Positions 38,281-51,705 of a stretch of 64,000 bases of DNA are shown in pieces. Every line of letters begins with the position of its first letter. The first letter of the stretch is position 1. Source of the stretch: Lama guanicoe (Eukaryota). The stretch is from contig MU053792.1 in assembly GCA_013239625.1 (NCBI GenBank), positions 135,618 through 199,617 on the forward strand, written 5' to 3'. Below the pieces are notes generated by a model that saw nothing but the letters and a program-made list of their open reading frames with translations, searched no databases and was not told the DNA's origin. A program made the position numbers and the translations under genes.

Positions 38281-40254
38281 GGAAAACAGCTGGCGTATTA
38301 GTGCCGTGTTCTGGGTAAGATACCACGAATGCTTGGACTAAAGGACAGAATACTTCTCCAGAAACTAGAATTTGCCACCCTTCAATCCAGAAAGCATGAT
38401 GTTCAAAACTATAAAAGATCATTTTAGCTTTAGTCCGTGCTTCCTAAACCTATAAGCCTAGCTTGAAGGTTATATCAGGAAAAAAATGTTTAAACCTAGG
38501 AACCTAATTTTAGAAAGATTCCATTAGCTCACAATAGACTGTCATTATAAGTTTGTTAAAAAGCAGTACGATAGGAAAAGTGACATTTTAAGACACCATC
38601 TCTTTCCCTACTTTTCCTGAAATCTTTTAAGTTACTTAACTTCCTAGCTGCAGTTAGCGATAGAGGTTGATGACAAAGGATGGAAAAGAAATTGCTGATA
38701 CAGAAAACCCCTGATCGTTAAGAGACGGGAAGAAAACATTCAGTTATCTTTCTAGTATTCAGTTATCTTTCTAGTGTCTTTCAGTAATTACCTCCTTCCT
38801 CTGTTCATTAAGACTGCTTGTGAACTAAAGTATTTTGGTAGATAATGTTAAAGTTTTGACTTGCTATCTGACAACAGAGAAGGTGTATTTTTGCATGAAA
38901 TGAAAGATTAGGTGTAAAGAATTTCATTCTTAGTTGCATTCTAGATGCAAATAATTGTATCTTAAGTGGTTACTTACAGGAATGTCTTTCCCTATAGTCT
39001 TCAGGTTCTTTGGGGGCAAAATCCTTATCTTACTCATATTTGTAATTTCAGGACTCAATGTAATAGCTAGTAAGCCAGAGATAACAAATACATATTTGAT
39101 GAATAAATGAAATAACAAACCACATTTTTGCTTCTATAGACTGAGTCATTACTCTGGCACTAACCTATGGCATTTTATAAATCTAGAAGAAGCTTAATGG
39201 ATAAGTTGATATAATACACCTATCCTTTTACAAATAAGGGAACAGAAACTTGAAAAGGTAGTTTAAAAACTACAGCTGACTCCTAGTCAAATAATGCATT
39301 AAATGTGAGAAAATTATTTAGGATGAAATGTGCAAGGTAAAAATAAAAGTATCATTGTAATGAATCAATTTAATAATTCACTGCTTTAGACAAAGCATGC
39401 ATGGCTACTCACATTTAATCAGATGTTAGCATTTCACACACTACCTAGAAATGGATGGTCAATCCCATGGAGCTCCCATATCTTTCTTCTTTGTGTTCTG
39501 AGAGGTTCTGTTATTTTGATCTTTAATTTTCCTCTCTGGTTTCATCACAAGATGGTGCCAGTGTGTCTCTGTCACCACAGAATAAGAACAGATAATCTGC
39601 ATGTACTTGTGTTGGAGGTTGGATATAGACCTAGGAATTACAAGCATCCTGACTTTTTTTTTTCCCTATAAAATTTCAGCATTCCCACTCCAGCAGTTGG
39701 TGAATATTTCTCTAGGAGATGTCTACAAGGCTCAGAGATGTCTAACAGAATCCCACGTCCATATATAACTCATACATCACTTGTGAGCTCAGTGAGTTTC
39801 GCCTGTCTCAAGGCACACACACACAGTATGCACAGTCAGGGTCACAGTCATTATTCTTGATCTGGGCCAAGTGCAAAATCTTTTCTACCAGTGAGCTGCA
39901 TGTATAGTGTATACAAATGCTAGTTCGTCCCTTCTGTAGACCGATGGAAAATTTAACTTCAGTCATGCTGACAGTTCTCCTTGCTCAGATGTCTTATAAT
40001 CTTAAACCATATTATAAGAAGAATGAGGAAAAATAATTGGTTACTGATTATGTTTCCTTTGATAATTCCATTATTCCAGTTGGCAAAGCCAATTACCTGA
40101 TGCTTCTATGTTTTCCTTAGATGCGGATATTACTGCTGTGTTTGGGAGCACTTGGCTGTTTCAGTCTTCTCCATGCAACATAGCGCCATTAGTTCTGAGG
40201 TTCTGCCCCCTCCTCCGGGATGCTGACAAATCCCTCTTCTCAAAGGGCACACCT

Positions 40255-40256
<2 letters not shown>

Positions 40257-40285
<29 letters not shown>
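40257..40285. repeat. (CA)n microsatellite
   Basis: Directly visible. Confidence 0.95.
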
Positions 40286-40288
<3 letters not shown>

Positions 40289-42576
40289 AGCAGGTACACA
40301 CCTCTCTCAGTTGGGAGCCATCTCTTTTTAGTCCAGAGATTAAAAATTATCCTTCAATTCTGTTCTTCACAAATGGACTTAGACACTTGGAAATGAAAGC
40401 CAAGAAACCCAAACAAAAATGCCACCTGAAGAAAGAAGACACATTATGGCTACCTACTTAGAGAGGGGAAAGAGAAAGTTACAAAGTGGAAAATAAAACA
40501 GAAAATGCCAGGGAGAAGATCTCTGTCTCAGTAAACTATCCTGGCAAGTACGCACGGAAATTCATTCCATAGCTACAGACACTACGCATTTGTTCCCCAT
40601 TGTATGGCTGGATGTGGAAGCTTTCCCAGGTTCTGCCAAAACAAAAAACTTGACCAATGTCTGTTTATGGAGGGTTCACTAACTAGCAGATGTACTTGAA
40701 TCAATGAACCAGGTAATTAGTTTATGATAAATAAATTAATTACACAATGCTTTCATCCCAAAAGGATTTAATGCAGTCCTGAATTATTAAACTTCACTGG
40801 AATATGCCCAATTCTCCACGATTAATCTGATTTTTTGGGGGGTCAGTTCATGACGAGGCTGGATCTTGAGACAGGATGGAGGGCACTGGATTAACTGTGA
40901 CTCCTTGATACTACACATTCCAGTTTTTAATCTTCTCACCTGTGTGCATGTTGTTTTAAACTGCCATTTGTTATTTCCACCATCAGTTATTAGCACAATA
41001 GATCATTTTCCAATGGAGCATCTTCAGATAGTTCATGCAAAATCCTGCTTACTGGTAATCTTGATTAACCCGAGACGTAGCAGTTAAAATACATTTTTAG
41101 GAAAGCTCTCTCTTTTTTTTTTTTTTTTTGGATAGGTTCTACCAATGCCTCCCCCAAACAAAGTGTATTTGTGTGTATGTGTGTGTGTGCACATACACAC
41201 ACACATGCATGTTAATGAATTAGACCCAAAATAAAAACCAAGCAAACCAAAAAACAAAACAAAACCCCAAACCTTGCCTTTTACCAAGAGCTCTTAGGGC
41301 CCACTGGCTTATCAAACACTTAGTCACTGAAATATTTTTAGATGTTAAAACCACAGCAACCAAATAATTTTGTGCTCCAGAACATGCCAGACAAGAGGGT
41401 AAAATTAAAAAAAAAAGGTCATGTACTGTGTCCTGAAGGTGAACAGTGAAATGTATAAAACATTCACAGTTCCTGTAACTAAGCTACTTCCTGGAGCAAA
41501 AGAAAAAATTGTATATGTATAAATACATCTGTAGTTACTGCATGATAAACATATCACCTTTAGTTGAAAGAGCCTTCCTTCTTTCCTGTCTCTTTAACCT
41601 CCCAAAATTCGTATTTCTTCCCTGTCTCTTACTCTTTAACCTCTCAAAAATCCCTGTATTGCTTTCTTTTTCTATGGTTTCAAATTCTGTATAATGTATA
41701 GTTTTTTTTTAACATGTTCTAGTTTCTCAAATGTATTATCTTATCTTAGTTTAAATAGTTTCTCCCTAATCTCTTTCTCTGCTCAGAGGTACTAAATAAT
41801 TCAGTTTGTTTTACTCATATTTTCTCTCTCTTGCCACTGCATTCTTTTTTAACTTTAATAGTTACTTCATTGACTTCTATGCCCATTTTTACAGAATTTT
41901 TAGTATGATACAGAGAGCTGATGGGGGAAAATGAAATGTCCATTGATTATTCAATCATTCACTTTTTTCTCTTATTCATGAAACATTTATTTCATGGCAA
42001 CTATGAACAAGGCCTCCTTGCATATGAAGAAAGGCCTGAGATCCATTCCCTGAACACGAGGAACTGATAGAAACTAAATAAATTAAATGTCAGCTTTGGA
42101 AGGATGTTAAAGGTCATATAGATCAGTGGTTCCACAGACAAGAGTCACCTTTAGGATTTTAAATGATGCAGAATTATGGATTCCACATTGTAAGATACTC
42201 AAGGAGTATTAAGTGGGTTTGTAAATTTAAGTATTTACCATGTATCTTTGGTAACTTTGGAATTTCAGAATGAGAATGGAGAAAAATTTGGACCCATGGA
42301 TCTAATCAAACCTCTAATTCATTTCTTGAATTCTTTCTGTTTTAAAATACATATAGTTATTTATTATCTTCTAAATTATATAATATCTATATTGTGTAAA
42401 ACACGTACGTTGACCGCCTTTGGATTTAGGAAATCAAAATGTCAGAATGTCCTGAAGCAGCTCCAGATGTCTCTGACTGGTACGAATTTTTCTTTCCTTG
42501 AAGAAAAATGGTCTCTTTATAATTTCCGCTGGTTGAGATTTTCTTTCACTTGATTCTGAACTGGGTTAAATCCCTC

Positions 42577-45500
42577 GGGGACACCAGAGAAGCAGATCAA
42601 GATGGCAGAGTAAGAAGATACGGAGCTTACCTTCCTTTGCAAAGACATGAAAAATACATATGTATGTGGAACAATTCTCACTGACAACTAACTGGAAACT
42701 AGCAGAAGGCCTCTGGGCCACAAAAGCTGTAAGGAAGATAGACACATAATTGAGAAGGAAAGGAAGAGCAGTGATTGCGTGGGGACCTGTGCCCATGGGA
42801 GGGGACTCAGAGAAAGATGGAGATTTCATGGATGGACACTCTCCCTGGGGAGCGAGCAAGGCAAACCACAAACTGGGGGTCCCAGTCCCAAGTGTCCTAC
42901 ATCAAAGAGACCCTTTGGCGCCTCCAGGGCAGGGCAGAGGGAGCTGTGATTTTGTGGCTGCCAGCTCCATGCCACTTCTTCACCAAGCACCCCAGCTCAA
43001 ACCAGTGAATGCTCTGACCCCACTAACTCCACACCACAGCAAGGTACTGGACCTTGGGAAACCAGGACTGGGGAAGAGACTTGACCTTGGGACACAGAAG
43101 TGACCTGTGGGACAGTGGTAGCCATTGTTGGCACTTATACAGGTGGTGCCCCCAAAGGCACCTAGACTTCTGAGGGCAGCCACTCTACCAAAGCTTATCC
43201 CTCAGCACACAAAGAGAAATCACACAGGCCCCACCCGCCCTGTAGAGTGGCTGCACAACGGGGACGAGGGTTGGAGGCAGGGGGCTATGATCAGCTGTGA
43301 GAGACAAAGGGGGCTTGCACCTGAGGTTGCATCTAAATGGAGCCACAAATGCTTACACAGGCAGCACATCGGACTTCCGTCTATGTGTGGGTCCCACTTG
43401 CTTCAGACTCTCCTCCCCTGGGGCAAAAGTACTGGTATGGGGATAGAGTAAAACCCACATTTAAAGGGAAGAGTGCCGTCTTGAGCCTGACCATCAGGGA
43501 TTCTGCTCCAGAAATTTGGTATCAGAACCCACCCTTGACAAGTCAGTGATGAATAATGAGCAGAGAGGAAATCTCACTTCACACATGGCGCCAGCTCTAG
43601 CTCTCCATCTCCAGCCTCATCTGCTGTCAAGGTAAGGTGACAGCTGTGAGCACAATCTGAGGAAAGATGTGACTGGCATCCAAGTCAAATCCAGCCCTCC
43701 CATCAAGGTCGTCGGGCACATGTAGCCTGCGTAGGGATGCTCCCGCGTAAGAACTCTCCTTCATGATCATAACAGGTGAGTGTTTTACCTAAGTTCATAA
43801 ATAGAGAAAATTAAGCAAAATGGAAAGGCAGAGGAACTACTTTAAATTGAAAGATCAAGAGAAAACCTGTGGAAAAGTAAATAATGGAACAGAAATAAAC
43901 AATTTATCAGATAAAGAATGCAAAACATTGGTAATAAAATTGTTAACTGAATTAAGGAAAATAATTGATCTAAACACTGATTATTTTAACAATGAAGTAG
44001 AAAATATAAAAAAATCAGAAATGAAAAATTCAATAGCTAAAATTAAAAAAAAAATAAAACAGACAAGAAGGAATGGATAGCAGACTAAGTGATATAGAAG
44101 AGCACATTAGTGATCTGGAAGACAGAACAATGGAAATCACCCAATCAGAACAGCAGGAAAAAACTTTAAACAAAAGTAATTTAAGATATCTATAGAATAA
44201 CATTAGAAATACTAAAATTCACACTATAGGGATCCCAGAAGGAGAAGAGGGAGAGAAAGGGATGCAGAATATATTTTGAGAAAATAATGGATGAAAACTT
44301 CCCAAACCTTAAGAAGGGCACAGACATCCAGGTACAGGAAGCACAGAGAGTCTGAAATATATATATATTTGCATATATATATGCAAAAACTTCAACAAAA
44401 ATCTTATCAAACCAAATCCAGCAATATATAAAAAAGATCAACAACATGATCAAGTTGGATTTATTTCAGGGTCTCCAGGATTGTTTAACATTCCCAAATC
44501 AATGTGATACACCATGTTAACAAAAGGAAGGATAAAAATCACATGATCATCCAATGGATGCAGAAAAGGCATTTGATAAACTTCAACATCCATTCATGAT
44601 AAAATCTCTCATCAAAGTGATATAAAGGGAACATTTCTCAACATAATAAAGGTCCATATGGAACCACAAAAGACTGAATTGCCAAAGAAATCTTGAGAAA
44701 AAGAGCAAAGTTGGAAGTCTCACTCTCCCAGACTTCAGACTATTCTACAAGCTACAGTAATCAAAACAGCATGGTACTGGAATAGAAACAGATACATACA
44801 TCAGTGGAACAGAATTGTGAGCCCAGAAATAAATCCATGCACTTGTGGCCAATTAACCTGCAACAAAGGAGGCAAGAATGCACAATAGAGGAAAGACAGT
44901 CTCTTCAATAAGTGATACTGGGAAAAATGGACCACTACATGTGAAACAGTGAGATTAGAACATATCCTCATGCTATGTACAAACATAAACTCAAAATGGA
45001 CTAAATCCTGAATGGAAGTCCTAAAACCATAAAATACCTAGAAGAGAGCACGGGCAGTACACTCTTTGATGTAAATCATAGCAATATATTTTGGGGGCCT
45101 ATCTCCTAAGGCAGAAGATATAAAAACAAAAACAAACAAATGGGGCCTAATTATATTTAAAAGATTTTCTACAGCAAAACTTTTGTACATTGACAAAATG
45201 AAAAGACACCCTACAGAGTGGGAGAAAATATGTGCAAATAATATGACTGACAAGGGGTTAATATCCAAAATATATAAACAGCTTATATAATTTGATATCA
45301 AAGATCCAATAATAAAGTAGACAGAAGACATAAATAGATATTTTTCCAAATAAAACATTCAGATGACCAATAGACACATGAAAATATGCTCAACATTGTT
45401 AATCACTAGAGGAGCGCAAATCAAAATGACAGTAGATCTCGTCTCATGCCTGTCAGAACGACTATCATCCAAAAGTCTATAATTAACAAATGTTGATTAG

Positions 45501-46189
45501 GATGTAGAGAAAAGGAAAATTTTGTATACTGTTGATGGGAGTGTAAACTGTTGCAGTCACTATGGAAGACGGTATGGAGGTTCCTCAAAAAATTACATAT
45601 AGATCTGCTCTACAATCCAGCAATTCTGCTTCTGGAGGTCTATCTGGAAAAAAATCAAAAACTCTAATTCAAAAAAGATACATGCACACAGCACTATTTA
45701 TAGTAGCTGAGATATGGAAGCAACCTACGTTCCCAACAACAGAGGAATGGATAAAGAAGATGCGGTAGAGACATACAATGGAATATTACTCAGCCATATA
45801 AAATGATAAATTATGACATTTTCAGCAATGTGGATGCCGGACAGAGAAAGACAAGTACTGTATGATATCTCTTATATGTGGAATCTGAAAATAAAAGACA
45901 AATCAACGTATATGCAAAAGAGGAACAGACTCACAGATATAAAAAGCAAACTAGTGGTTACCAAAGGAAAGAGGAAAGGTGAATGGGCAAATTAGGGGTG
46001 TGGAATTACGAGATATAAACTACTATGTGTAAAATAGATTAACAACACAAATACATTGTACAGCACAGGGAATTATAGTCATTATCTTGTAATAACTTTT
46101 ATTAGAGTATAATTGTAAAAATGCTGAATCACTGTGTTGTACCCCAGAAACTAACACAACATTGTAAATCAATTATACTTCAAAAAAAA
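42577..46189 (+). mobile_element. LINE-1 with both ends present but two large internal deletions
   Basis: 5' UTR (caagatggcagagtaagaag), ORF1 start 43820 (MERQRNYFKLK), jump to mid-ORF2 at ~44355-44380, second jump at ~44655, then ORF2 end, 3' UTR and A-tail. Short possible TSD aaatcc at 42568 and 46187. Confidence 0.9.
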
Positions 46190-46986
46190 TCCTATACTTC
46201 AATTGAAAACTTATAAAATATACTGATGATTTTGCCTAACAGTAAAATGCTTTAACATTTGTAATTAAAACTGGCAATTCACATCACTATGATAATCAGC
46301 AAAATCCATCCTATTAACTTAAAAATTTAATTTTTTTCCTTACTTAGAATGCCAATTATTTTTCATAGAAATTTTAATTACAAGTTTTATTTTAAGAACT
46401 TTTTTGATTCACATGCACTTTAAGAAATAAAGCAGAAATCCTATGTACGTTCTGCTCAGTTTCCCAAATGGTGCACAAAATTTAACTAAAATATTTGCAA
46501 TTTTCATTGAAGTTGTTCTGAACCAATTCAGAAAAAGAAACCGAATGATACAAGAAATATATTTTTCCCTCTGGACTCCTATTAGTTTTGCATTATTTTC
46601 TCCTTAATTTTAGACAATACTGTGTTTGTAAAATAATTTTGTGGGCATTAATTTCACCATAAAACTTTTTAACTATGCCATGTCCCACATTTCCCTTTAG
46701 GTTCCTGTTTTTTTTTTTTTACAGAAAAACACATCGCCTTACAGTGCAAATATACAAACCAATTTAGGGTACATGATATTCCCGACAGGTTAAATTACAT
46801 GTAATGCTAATCAGAGCCTTGGGGAAAAAGAAATAGTGTTGTGTCTTAGATTCCACAACCACCTACTGCCCAGCCTTGTTCATTGCCAAAGGAGAACTCA
46901 GTGTGCTCGCTAGTGGTCCTTAAAGACTTCAAGGTAAAGTGAGGTTCTCTGACAGATTTAGAAACCTCAGAAATTATACTGAAGAC

Positions 46987-47262
46987 TGCATTCATTAGTC
47001 AGTACAATAATAATGCCATGTAACAAATGATCTCAAAATATCATTGGAAAATCTTAGTATAGTTTATTTTTCACTAATGTGAAATCCAGGACAGCTGGGG
47101 ACATCTCTGCTTCCTAATGTAGGTCAGCTCAGTGTGTCTTTTCCCTGTTACCCAAGCTCCCCCAGAACTGGTGGGCTCTTAACACAGCAATGGTAGAACA
47201 TAAAAAGGCAAGTCTAATCACTTTAAGCACATTTCAAACCCCTGTTTGCATCAATCCATTGA
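46987..47262 (-). mobile_element. MaLR (MLT1-like) LTR relic
   Basis: 'atgccatgtaacaaatgatctcaaaat...tttatttttcact...aggcaagtctaatcac...gcacatttcaaaccc'. Confidence 0.55.
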
Positions 47263-48469
47263 TTGCTTTAAACACAAAGAGGTTTCTATAGAAACCGCAT
47301 GTTGCCTATTTTTATCCTCTACTTCTTGAAATTTTTTTTCTGATAGACTCAACCCAGACATCTTCCTCTACTGATGCCCTGTGGTAGTTACACTCTAAGT
47401 CACTTACCTTTCCTTATAAGGTAAATTCTTTTCAATGTGTAATTTTTTCTCAAGTTTGAAAGCAGAAGAAAGTATTTTCTGTTATATCCAAATTTATCAG
47501 GATATTCTCAAGTATGATAACCTAAAGCAAAGATGATGATATGGAACTAGACTTAAATATTACTCCAGAATTACTTCCAGGCACTTCTGATTTCCGTGGA
47601 CAAAATATTGTGGCAATACTTGGAGTAAAATGATATGTTTCTCTCAAATGAATAAATGTGCACTATCTTTGCTTTAAAATTGCTTATAGGTAACATCCAA
47701 GATGGTTTCCCAAACATGGTGAGAGCATCACTATGTAAGATGAAGCTTTTAAAAATTATTTGGCGTGTGAGTCAGAAATTGAAAGAAAAAATGGAGTGTG
47801 TTAAGTATTAGGAAAATGGGAAGAGAGGCACATATATTTTAATATTTTCAAATATTTAGCCTATGTTCTATCTGTATCCTGACTGTGGGATTTAAAAGCA
47901 TCTCATATTTTTACCCTATTGCTGTACATATTACCTACCCCCCAATAATTATAAGATTGTGAAGGCAAAAGATTACAAGAATCATGACCTCAAGCCCCTA
48001 CAAAATATTTGTGAAGACTTCTTGATGTGACTGTATAGTAAAAATGTTTCTCTCTAAGTAGATGCTTAGGGCAATAGGGAACAGGGTGGATCTTCCTTCT
48101 GAGAAAAAGAAAATGTTTTCACTAAATCATTTTCTTTATTCCAGGAAATGCCACTCTTCATCAGTAGATGGGGGGGGGTTATTTTTCTCCTTTATGTTTA
48201 TCTTTTTCTCAAGTCTAATTCTTTCTTTTTTTGGGGCCACATTACAAATTATCCCCCTTTCATTGGAAGACAGTCACATAAAAGTAAATGTCATTATGGA
48301 GGAAAGAGTAGTTGATAGGAATGGAAAAGAGAAAAAAAAATTAAAGACTAAAATTATTTGAATCCAATTAATTTGCACTTTGGTTTCTAATTCTGAATTC
48401 CAGCTACATTCAGTCTTAGGTTTAGAAATTTTGTCAGACACTTAGTAATGTGGGCAATTTTGGTTTTAT

Positions 48470-48855
48470 ATATGCCAACCTGCTGTCCATTCTTCAAGTC
48501 ATTTATCTTGACCATAAATCTGGCAACATCACTCCCCTGTTTAATATTCTTAAATGTTTTTCCATTGTCTCTAAGATAAATAACAAGTCCTTTGCATTTC
48601 AACAGCATCCTAATATTTTCAATCCATGTCTCATCTTTTACTTTCCATCCACAAAACTATTATTAACAATTTCCTTTTTTACTCTCACCTGAAATTTTTG
48701 TATATGACTTTCCCTTTGCCTGAGACAAATCTTCTCTTAGCTCTTCTCTTGGGTTATTCATACTCAGTCCTTTCTGGTCTAAATCTGAAAATCACCTAAA
48801 GTTATGGAAGAAATTAGAAAGTCTTTCTATATACTACCAAAGCACTCTATCTCAT
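48470..48855 (+). mobile_element. LINE-2 fragment
   Basis: 'aaatctggcaacatcactcccctgtttaa...ttccattgtc...' matches the L2 3' region. Confidence 0.6.
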
Positions 48856-48859
48856 AGGC

Positions 48860-51705
48860 TCTGTCTTTTGATTAGAGCATTTTGTTCATTTTACACGTAA
48901 CACAATCATTGATAGGTATGTACTTTTTGCAACTTTGTTAATTTTTTTGCAGTTTTTTATAATTCTTTTTGTTTGGTCTTCTGCTCTCTTCCCTTGTGAT
49001 TTGATGATTATCTTAGTGTTATGTTTGAACTCTTTTCCCTTTTTTTGTGATTGTATCTTTTATATATTTTTGGTTTGTGATTATTATAAGGTTTATATAT
49101 AGCAATCCATCTATCTGATTATTTTAAGCTGATGGTCTCTGAAGTTCAAATGCACTTTAGCAATCCGGTATTTATACTCTCCTCCACCAAGTTTAATGTT
49201 TTTGATATCATATTTTGCATCTTTTGGTTTGTCTCTTATGTATTTACTGTGGATATAGAAGATTTTACCACTTTTGTCATTTAATCTTCCTAATAGCTTG
49301 ATGAGTATTTACTGCATGTTTGCCTTTATCAGTGAGATTTCTTCTTTCATAGTTTTCATATTTCTAGTCGTGGTCTCCTCTTTTCCACTTGGAGAAGTCC
49401 CTTTAACACTTGTTGTACAGCCACTTTAGCATTGCTGAACTCTTTCAGATTTTGTTTGTCTATAAAACTCTTCATCTCTCCTTCATATCTGAATAATAGC
49501 CCTCCTTTGTTGAGTGCTCTAGGTTGTAAGTTTTTTTCTTTCATCCTTTTGCAGGCATAGTGTCACTGCCTTCTGGCCTGCGGGATTGCCACTGAAACGT
49601 CATCTGATTGACTTGTGGGAGTTCCTTTGCACATAGCTCATTGCTTTTGCTACTTTTAATTTTATCTTTATCTTCAATTTTTGTCATTTTTATTATAATA
49701 GGTCTTGTTGCAGACTTTTCCAGGTTGATCTTGTTAGGGACACTGGATGGTTGTTTTTGTTCACAGGTTAGGGTAGTTTTCAGCTATTATGTCTTCAAAT
49801 AAATTATCTGCCCCTTTCTCTCTCTTCCTTCTGGGACTTCTCTAATGCAAATGTTAGTACACTTGAGGCTGTTTCACAGGTCTCTTAAACTGCCTTCAGT
49901 TTTTAAATCTTTTTTTTTTCTTTTAACTGTTTGTCGAGTGATTTTCACTACTGTCTTCTTATTCAGTGATCCTTTCCTCTGAGTCATACAATCTATTGTC
50001 GATCCCTTCCAGTGTATTTTTCTTTCAATTATTTTATTCTTCAGCTTTGTTTGGTTCTTCTTCATATTTCCTAACTCTGTAAAAGTTCTCAGTGTTCATT
50101 CTTCTCCCAAGTTGATGGAACAACTTTGTAATCATTACCTTGAACTATTTTGGGGGTCTCTCTATTGAGTCAATTGCTTATCTCCACTTTGCTTAGCCCT
50201 TCTTCTTGGGTTTTATCCTGTTTCTTCATTGCATTTTGTTTTATTTTTATTTTATTATTTTAAATTGGGGTATAGTGAGTTTACAATGTTGTGTCGTGTT
50301 TGTTCATTTTAAAACATTCTTCTGTTGCCTCATTTTGCCTGATTCCCTATTTTTATTTCTACTTATTTGGTAAGTTGGATACATTTCCTTATCTTGGAGA
50401 AGTGTCCTTATGCAGATGACATCTAATGGGTTCCAGCAGCACATTACCCTCTGTTCACCAGAGGTATATGTTCTAGGGGCACCCCCTATGTAAACTGCGT
50501 GGGCCCTTCTGTTTTGAGGGGGGCCATCTACTGTGGGTATGCTGACAGATGGGACACATCCCTGGCCTGGTTGGTTGCCATACCCTGCCTTGTGTGGAGG
50601 CTGCTGGCTGCTGGGGAGTGTGGCTAGGTTCTGGGTGTCTGGCCTTGCACTGGAGGTCTTGGGGCTCATGCCAGCCTGCTGATGGGCAGGACTGGGGCCT
50701 AGGGTATCTGGTTATTGATCCCTGGGTGTCTTGAGGCTAGTGCCAGCCCACTAGTGAGTGGAGCTTGGACCTGGGGTGGCTGTGGACCAGGCATCCCAGA
50801 GCTGGTGTCAGTCTGCTGATGGGTGGGGCCACTTCCCAGGGCTAGTGCTGGCCCACGGTAGATAGGGCCAGACCCAGGGGCTGCTGGCTGAGGGGCTCCG
50901 GGTGCCTTGGAGCTGCTCTTAGCTTGCTGGTGGGTGGGGCTGGGTGCCAATACAACTGGATCTGGGGCCCTGTGAGTCCTTGGGCTAATGCCATCCCCCT
51001 TGTGGGCAGAACCTGGTCCTCAGGCTGCTGAGCAGCTAAAGAGGACCTGCAGCTACTGCCGGCCTTCTGGTAGGGGAAGCTGTGTTATTGTATAGCTAGC
51101 TGTTTGACCTTGGGTACCCCAAGAGAGATGCCAGCCAGCTGGTGGGAGGGTCATGTCCTGGCACTAATAAGAGAGAGAAAAGACTCAGAAATAGTGCTTG
51201 CCAGCAACAGTGTTCTTGTGGGAAAATGAGCTCTCCAAAGTGGCCACCACCAGTGTCTGTGTACCCAGCGTGGCTTCCAGCTGCCTCCGGTCTCCCTGGG
51301 AGGCTCTCCAAGATTAGCAGACAGGTCAGATGCAGGCTCCACTCAAATTAGTTGAAGGATGTGAAATTTTGTGCATGACCTTTAAGAATGGATTCTCTGT
51401 TTCCCATAGCCCTCTGGCTTTCCTGAGAACAAGTACGTCTCACCTTCAAAGCCACACATTCTGAGGGCTTGTCTTTCCAGTGCAAGACTTCAGGGCTGGG
51501 TAGCACACTGTAGGACTTGGACCCCTCTCTTGAGGGAAACCTCTGCGATTTTGGTGATCCTTCTGTTCTTGGGTCACCTGCCCTCGAATTTGGGTCTTGA
51601 CTATACCAAATCTTCACCCTTCCTACCTGTCTCATTGTGGTTCCTTTTTTATATCTTTAGTTGTAGAAGATCTTTTTTTGCTTGTCTTCAAATTATTCTC
51701 ATCTA
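48860..51705 (-). mobile_element. LINE-1 5' half (GC-rich repetitive 5' UTR, ORF1, spacer), 3'-truncated
   Basis: Minus ORFs with ORF1 motifs (MKEKNLQPR...FRYEGEMKSFIDKQNLKEF; MKKNQTKLKN). Repeated 'gctggtgccagcccactggtgggtggggc'-like units at 50500-51150. Confidence 0.9.
50231..50296 (-). mobile_element. Very short (~65 bp) L1 3'-tail insertion nested in the older L1
   Basis: T-rich tail plus 'ttggggtatagtgagtttacaatgttgtgtc' (antisense of the L1 end at 8579-8610). TSD tgttt(c/g)ttcatt at 50219-50230 and 50297-50308. Confidence 0.8.

Noticed and set aside
38738..38775. Perfect 19-bp tandem duplication (attcagttatctttctagt x2)
   Set aside because: Real but an ordinary slippage/repair duplication; two adjacent units without spacers, not CRISPR-like.
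50500..51150. GC-rich region with recurring motif, considered as a CpG-island promoter or repeat array
   Set aside because: It is the internally repetitive 5' UTR of the antisense L1.
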